From positions 434,001 to 498,000 of the forward strand of contig NW_003314363.1 in NCBI RefSeq assembly GCF_000143415.4: 64,000 nt of DNA. The letters run 5' to 3'. A program made the position numbers and the translations under genes. Each line of letters begins with the position of its first letter. The first letter of the stretch is position 1. Below, piece after piece: positions 61,009-64,000 of the stretch. The stretch comes from Selaginella moellendorffii. Taxonomy: Eukaryota > Plantae > Lycopodiophyta. Under the pieces are notes generated by a model. It was given only the letters and a program-made list of their open reading frames with translations, made no database searches and was not told the DNA's origin.

Positions 61009-63012
61009 ATGAGTGATGAGGATTCCAAGCCAGCTTTGCAGCAAGAATTCTCCGGCGAGAATGGAAGAATCCACGCTCCCGTAGCTGCGAAGAACCGCGG
61101 GGATTGCAGCGTGTTCCAGAGCTGGCAGCAGCATGGATTGGGGGGTAAAAGGCAGCACACTGTCCTCGAGGGTTCACTGGTAGCAAGAGCAAAGAGAAGC
61201 AAGGAGGAGCTTGTGCCTTCCAACCAGATCACCGCTACCGCTTTCAAGCCACTGCCAAGATCTTTAGCTCGTCATCCCCATGGTCTCCAGCCAGGTTTGA
61301 TGCAGCTCCCGGAGACTCCATGCCCGGAGCATTCGGTAAGCTCCGTCCAGAGCTCCCACCACGGTTGCGAAGAAGATGGTGCCAAGGCGGCGCGCAAGAG
61401 CACGAGAGAGTGGGGGAACCAGCCACTCTCGGTGCTGGATCCCAAGCTCTGGGACTTGATGGAGCACGAAAAGTCCAGGCAGTGGAAGGGGATCGAGCTG
61501 ATAGCGTCCGAGAACTACACCTCCCAGGCGGTGCTGGAAGCTCTTGGAAGCCATCTCACGAACAAGTATAGCGAAGGCTATCCGGGAGCTCGCTGCTATG
61601 GTGGCAACGAGTATATCGACCAGATCGAGGCGCTGTGCTGCAACCGAGCTCTGGAAGCTTTCCACCTCGACTCCAAGAGCTGGGGAGTGAACGTCCAGCC
61701 TTACTCGTGCACGTCCGCCAACTTTGCGGTGTTCACGGCGCTCTTGCAACCCAAGGACCGGATCATGGGACTGGACGTTCTCTCCGGCGGCCACCCAAGC
61801 CATGGCTACACCATCGCCGGGAGGAAGAAGGTTTCGGCGACTTCCATCCATTTCGAGACGCTGGCTTACAGTGTCGACCCCCAGACGGGGCTCATCGACT
61901 ACGAGAATCTGGAGAGGCTGGTGAGCGCTTACAGACCAGCAATTCTCGTGTGTGGAGGGAGTGCCTATCCCCGGGAGTGGAAGTACGAGAATTTTCGCCA
62001 TCTCGCGGACAAGTATGGTGCTATTCTTATGTGTGACATGGCGCATGTCAGTGGCCTTGTTGCTACTCAGGTACACTACTTCTCTTTCTCTCGCTCACTT
62101 TTATATCTTTTCTTTCTCGCTTGTGTCTTACGATAGCTGCTTTTTTGCAGGAGTGTGTAAGTCCCTTTGAGTACTGCGATATAGTGACTTCCACAACACA
62201 CAAGATTCTGAGAGGCCCGCGAGGAGGAATGGTGTTTTTCAGGAAAGGAGGGAGGCCTCGCAAGAATGGCAGCACTGCCGAGGAGAGCTCGTATGACTAC
62301 GAGGAAAAGATCAACTTTACGATTTTTCGGTCCCTGCAAGGGGGACCTCACAACAACCATATCGCTGGCCTGGCTGTCGCGTTGAAGCAGGTTGCTAGCA
62401 AAGAGTACAAGGACTACATACGACAAGTGCTCCAGAATACCAAGGCTTTAGCTGATGCTATGGTCAGGCGTAATTTCAAGCTTGTTACTGGCGGGACGGA
62501 TAATCATTTGTTGATTTGGGATTTACGGCCTCTCGGCATCACGGGTAAGTAGTCAGTTACAAGAACTGCTCTGAACGTCGTTCTCCCGTTTTCTTCGCTT
62601 CTTTTCCAGGCGCATGGTTTGAGAAAGTCACGGAGTTATGTCACATTACCGTGAACAAGTGTACTGTTTATGGCGACAGCTCCGTAAGAGGTCCTGGAGG
62701 AATTCGCATTGGTATGAGTTGTATGGCTCTCGAGCATAACGTAATGTATCTTTTTTCCCAGGTTCCCCAGCCATGACCTCGAGAGGATGCGTTGAAAAAG
62801 ACTTTGAGACCATCGCCGAGCTTCTCAGCAACGCTGTGACTATTGCGCAGAGTTTGCAGAGAGACTGCAAGTCGCAGAAGGATCCCAAGCTGGCGAGCAG
62901 CAGCGTAGTTCAAAGCAACAAAGATGTGGTGGAGCTCAAGCGAAAGGTGGAACAGTTTTCGTCCGCGTTTGAGATGCCTGGCTTCGACACGGGAAGCATG
63001 AAATACAGGTGA
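61009..63012 (+). CDS. Serine hydroxymethyltransferase, SHM6/SHM7-like clade (long N-terminal extension)
   Basis: [35 protein letters not shown] (clade-typical), [13 protein letters not shown] (PLP lysine), [22 protein letters not shown]; three coding introns. Confidence 0.95.
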
Positions 63013-63202
63013 ATCAAAGGGGACGCTGTAGATACAGGGAGGAAACCTCATCACAATGATCACATTTCGACACACCGTTATTCAATCTCTCGTTTTTTGT
63101 AGACGCTTCTTCAGTGACACATCACAAAACGAATCAGTTAAGTTGGTTGTATGGTTTTGCTTTCTTGTTTTCTCCTACCAGAGCAAAGCAATCTAGCGCA
63201 GG

Positions 63203-64000
63203 ATGCTGGAAGATGGAAAGTTTTACAGGCCAGCACGGAGGAGGCTCCAGCCCGACTTGGTGCACAGGAACATCACCCAGCGAGAGCCTTTCATGTACGG
63301 GACGCTCCTCTCCGACTTCCTGCCTCGCAAGAGGCCCACAGTCCTCAGGGAGAGGCCCCTCCAGGAATCCCTCGTCTCGACTCTGGTGCACAGGAAGAGG
63401 CCACCGCTGCCGCGGGAGAGGCCGATCTCCAGGTCCATGGTAGCCGACTTCCTCCACAAGCGACGAGAGCGCGAGAGACGGCCGGAAGAAGTCCACCACC
63501 ACCCGGAGAAGGTGTTTGGATCCAAAGGCTCGAGCTTGAGCAGGCGGTGCAAGTCGGCTCCTGGCCACAGCCGGAGGGAGCAAGCTCTGCTCGCCAGGCC
63601 GTCGGTCTCCGCCAGTGGAAGCCGAGAGGAGTTCTCGATGATCCGAGCTCTTATCGACGAGGTGCTGCCCAAGGAGAGAGACAAGCCGACGAAGACGAGC
63701 ACCACCACGGCGACGACGACTCCATCGCCCAAGCAGCAAAGGTGGCGGAACTACTCCGCGGTGGCCAAGCTCATGAAGAGCAAGCTGGACGTTAAGGCAG
63801 TGAAAGCAGCAGCCAGGGACGAGAAAGGTGGTGAGGTGGTGGCGTCACCTCCGCGGCCATGGCCCGTCCGACCGGCCAGCGCTCCCTTCAAGCTGTCCCC
63901 GCAGAACATGAGCCCGGACGTCCTCGCGGAGACGCTGGCGACGAAGAAGAAGAACTTCCTGCGCAAGAGACCCGCCACCGCGCCGCCGCCCCGGCCGATG
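63203..64000 (+). CDS. Uncharacterised basic, low-complexity protein, open past the window end
   Basis: 266 stop-free codons from ATG 63203 (MLEDGKFYRPARRRLQPDLV...) with GC-rich third positions and an upstream in-frame stop at 63194. It is absent from the ORF track, presumably because no stop is reached. Confidence 0.75.
   Translation, partial: MLEDGKFYRPARRRLQPDLVHRNITQREPFMYGTLLSDFLPRKRPTVLRERPLQESLVSTLVHRKRPPLPRERPISRSMVADFLHKRRERERRPEEVHHHPEKVFGSKGSSLSRRCKSAPGHSRREQALLARPSVSASGSREEFSMIRALIDEVLPKERDKPTKTSTTTATTTPSPKQQRWRNYSAVAKLMKSKLDVKAVKAAARDEKGGEVVASPPRPWPVRPASAPFKLSPQNMSPDVLAETLATKKKNFLRKRPATAPPPRPM

Overview
Eukaryotic nuclear DNA from a compact land-plant genome. Introns of about 50-65 nt, very short intergenic gaps and an intronless PLS-class PPR gene with inserted L motifs suggest a Selaginella-like lycophyte; this is an inference. 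Bases 1-33,500 are an unstable accessory region. An intact ABC1/UbiB kinase gene is followed by a tandem segmental duplication (about 4.2-12.1 kb versus 15.5-26.6 kb) containing F-box genes, inverted F-box fragments, ABC1K pseudo-fragments, a gypsy integrase relic and, in one copy only, tRNA-Trp and a MITE. A CCGAG-based satellite within LTR-like DNA separates the two copies, and a decayed copia element interrupts the second. The region ends with an At1g73970-like gene and a third, broken F-box copy. Bases 33,800-64,000 are gene-dense: MEX1, a highly divergent BOR/SLC4 transporter, PPR, NFD2-like RNase III, WD40, tRNA-Arg(CCG), a small conserved protein, an NSR-like RRM protein, an eIF4B-like zinc-knuckle protein, PR-1, GPAT, a GT-2 trihelix factor, an HDHD3-like HAD hydrolase, a BioF pseudogene, an SGNH-like protein, an SHM6/7-type SHMT and an open-ended RPx[ST]AP-motif ORF. 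The best leads are the atypical SLC4 apparently spliced towards an atypical MEX1, the F-box locus (independent N-terminal lesions plus hairpin-capable inverted copies), a possible anticodon-switched tRNA-Arg, a MITE with a 4-bp TSD and the uORF-rich SHMT leader. CDS coordinates are gene spans including introns, placed by eye; no database searches were run and family comparisons are from memory.
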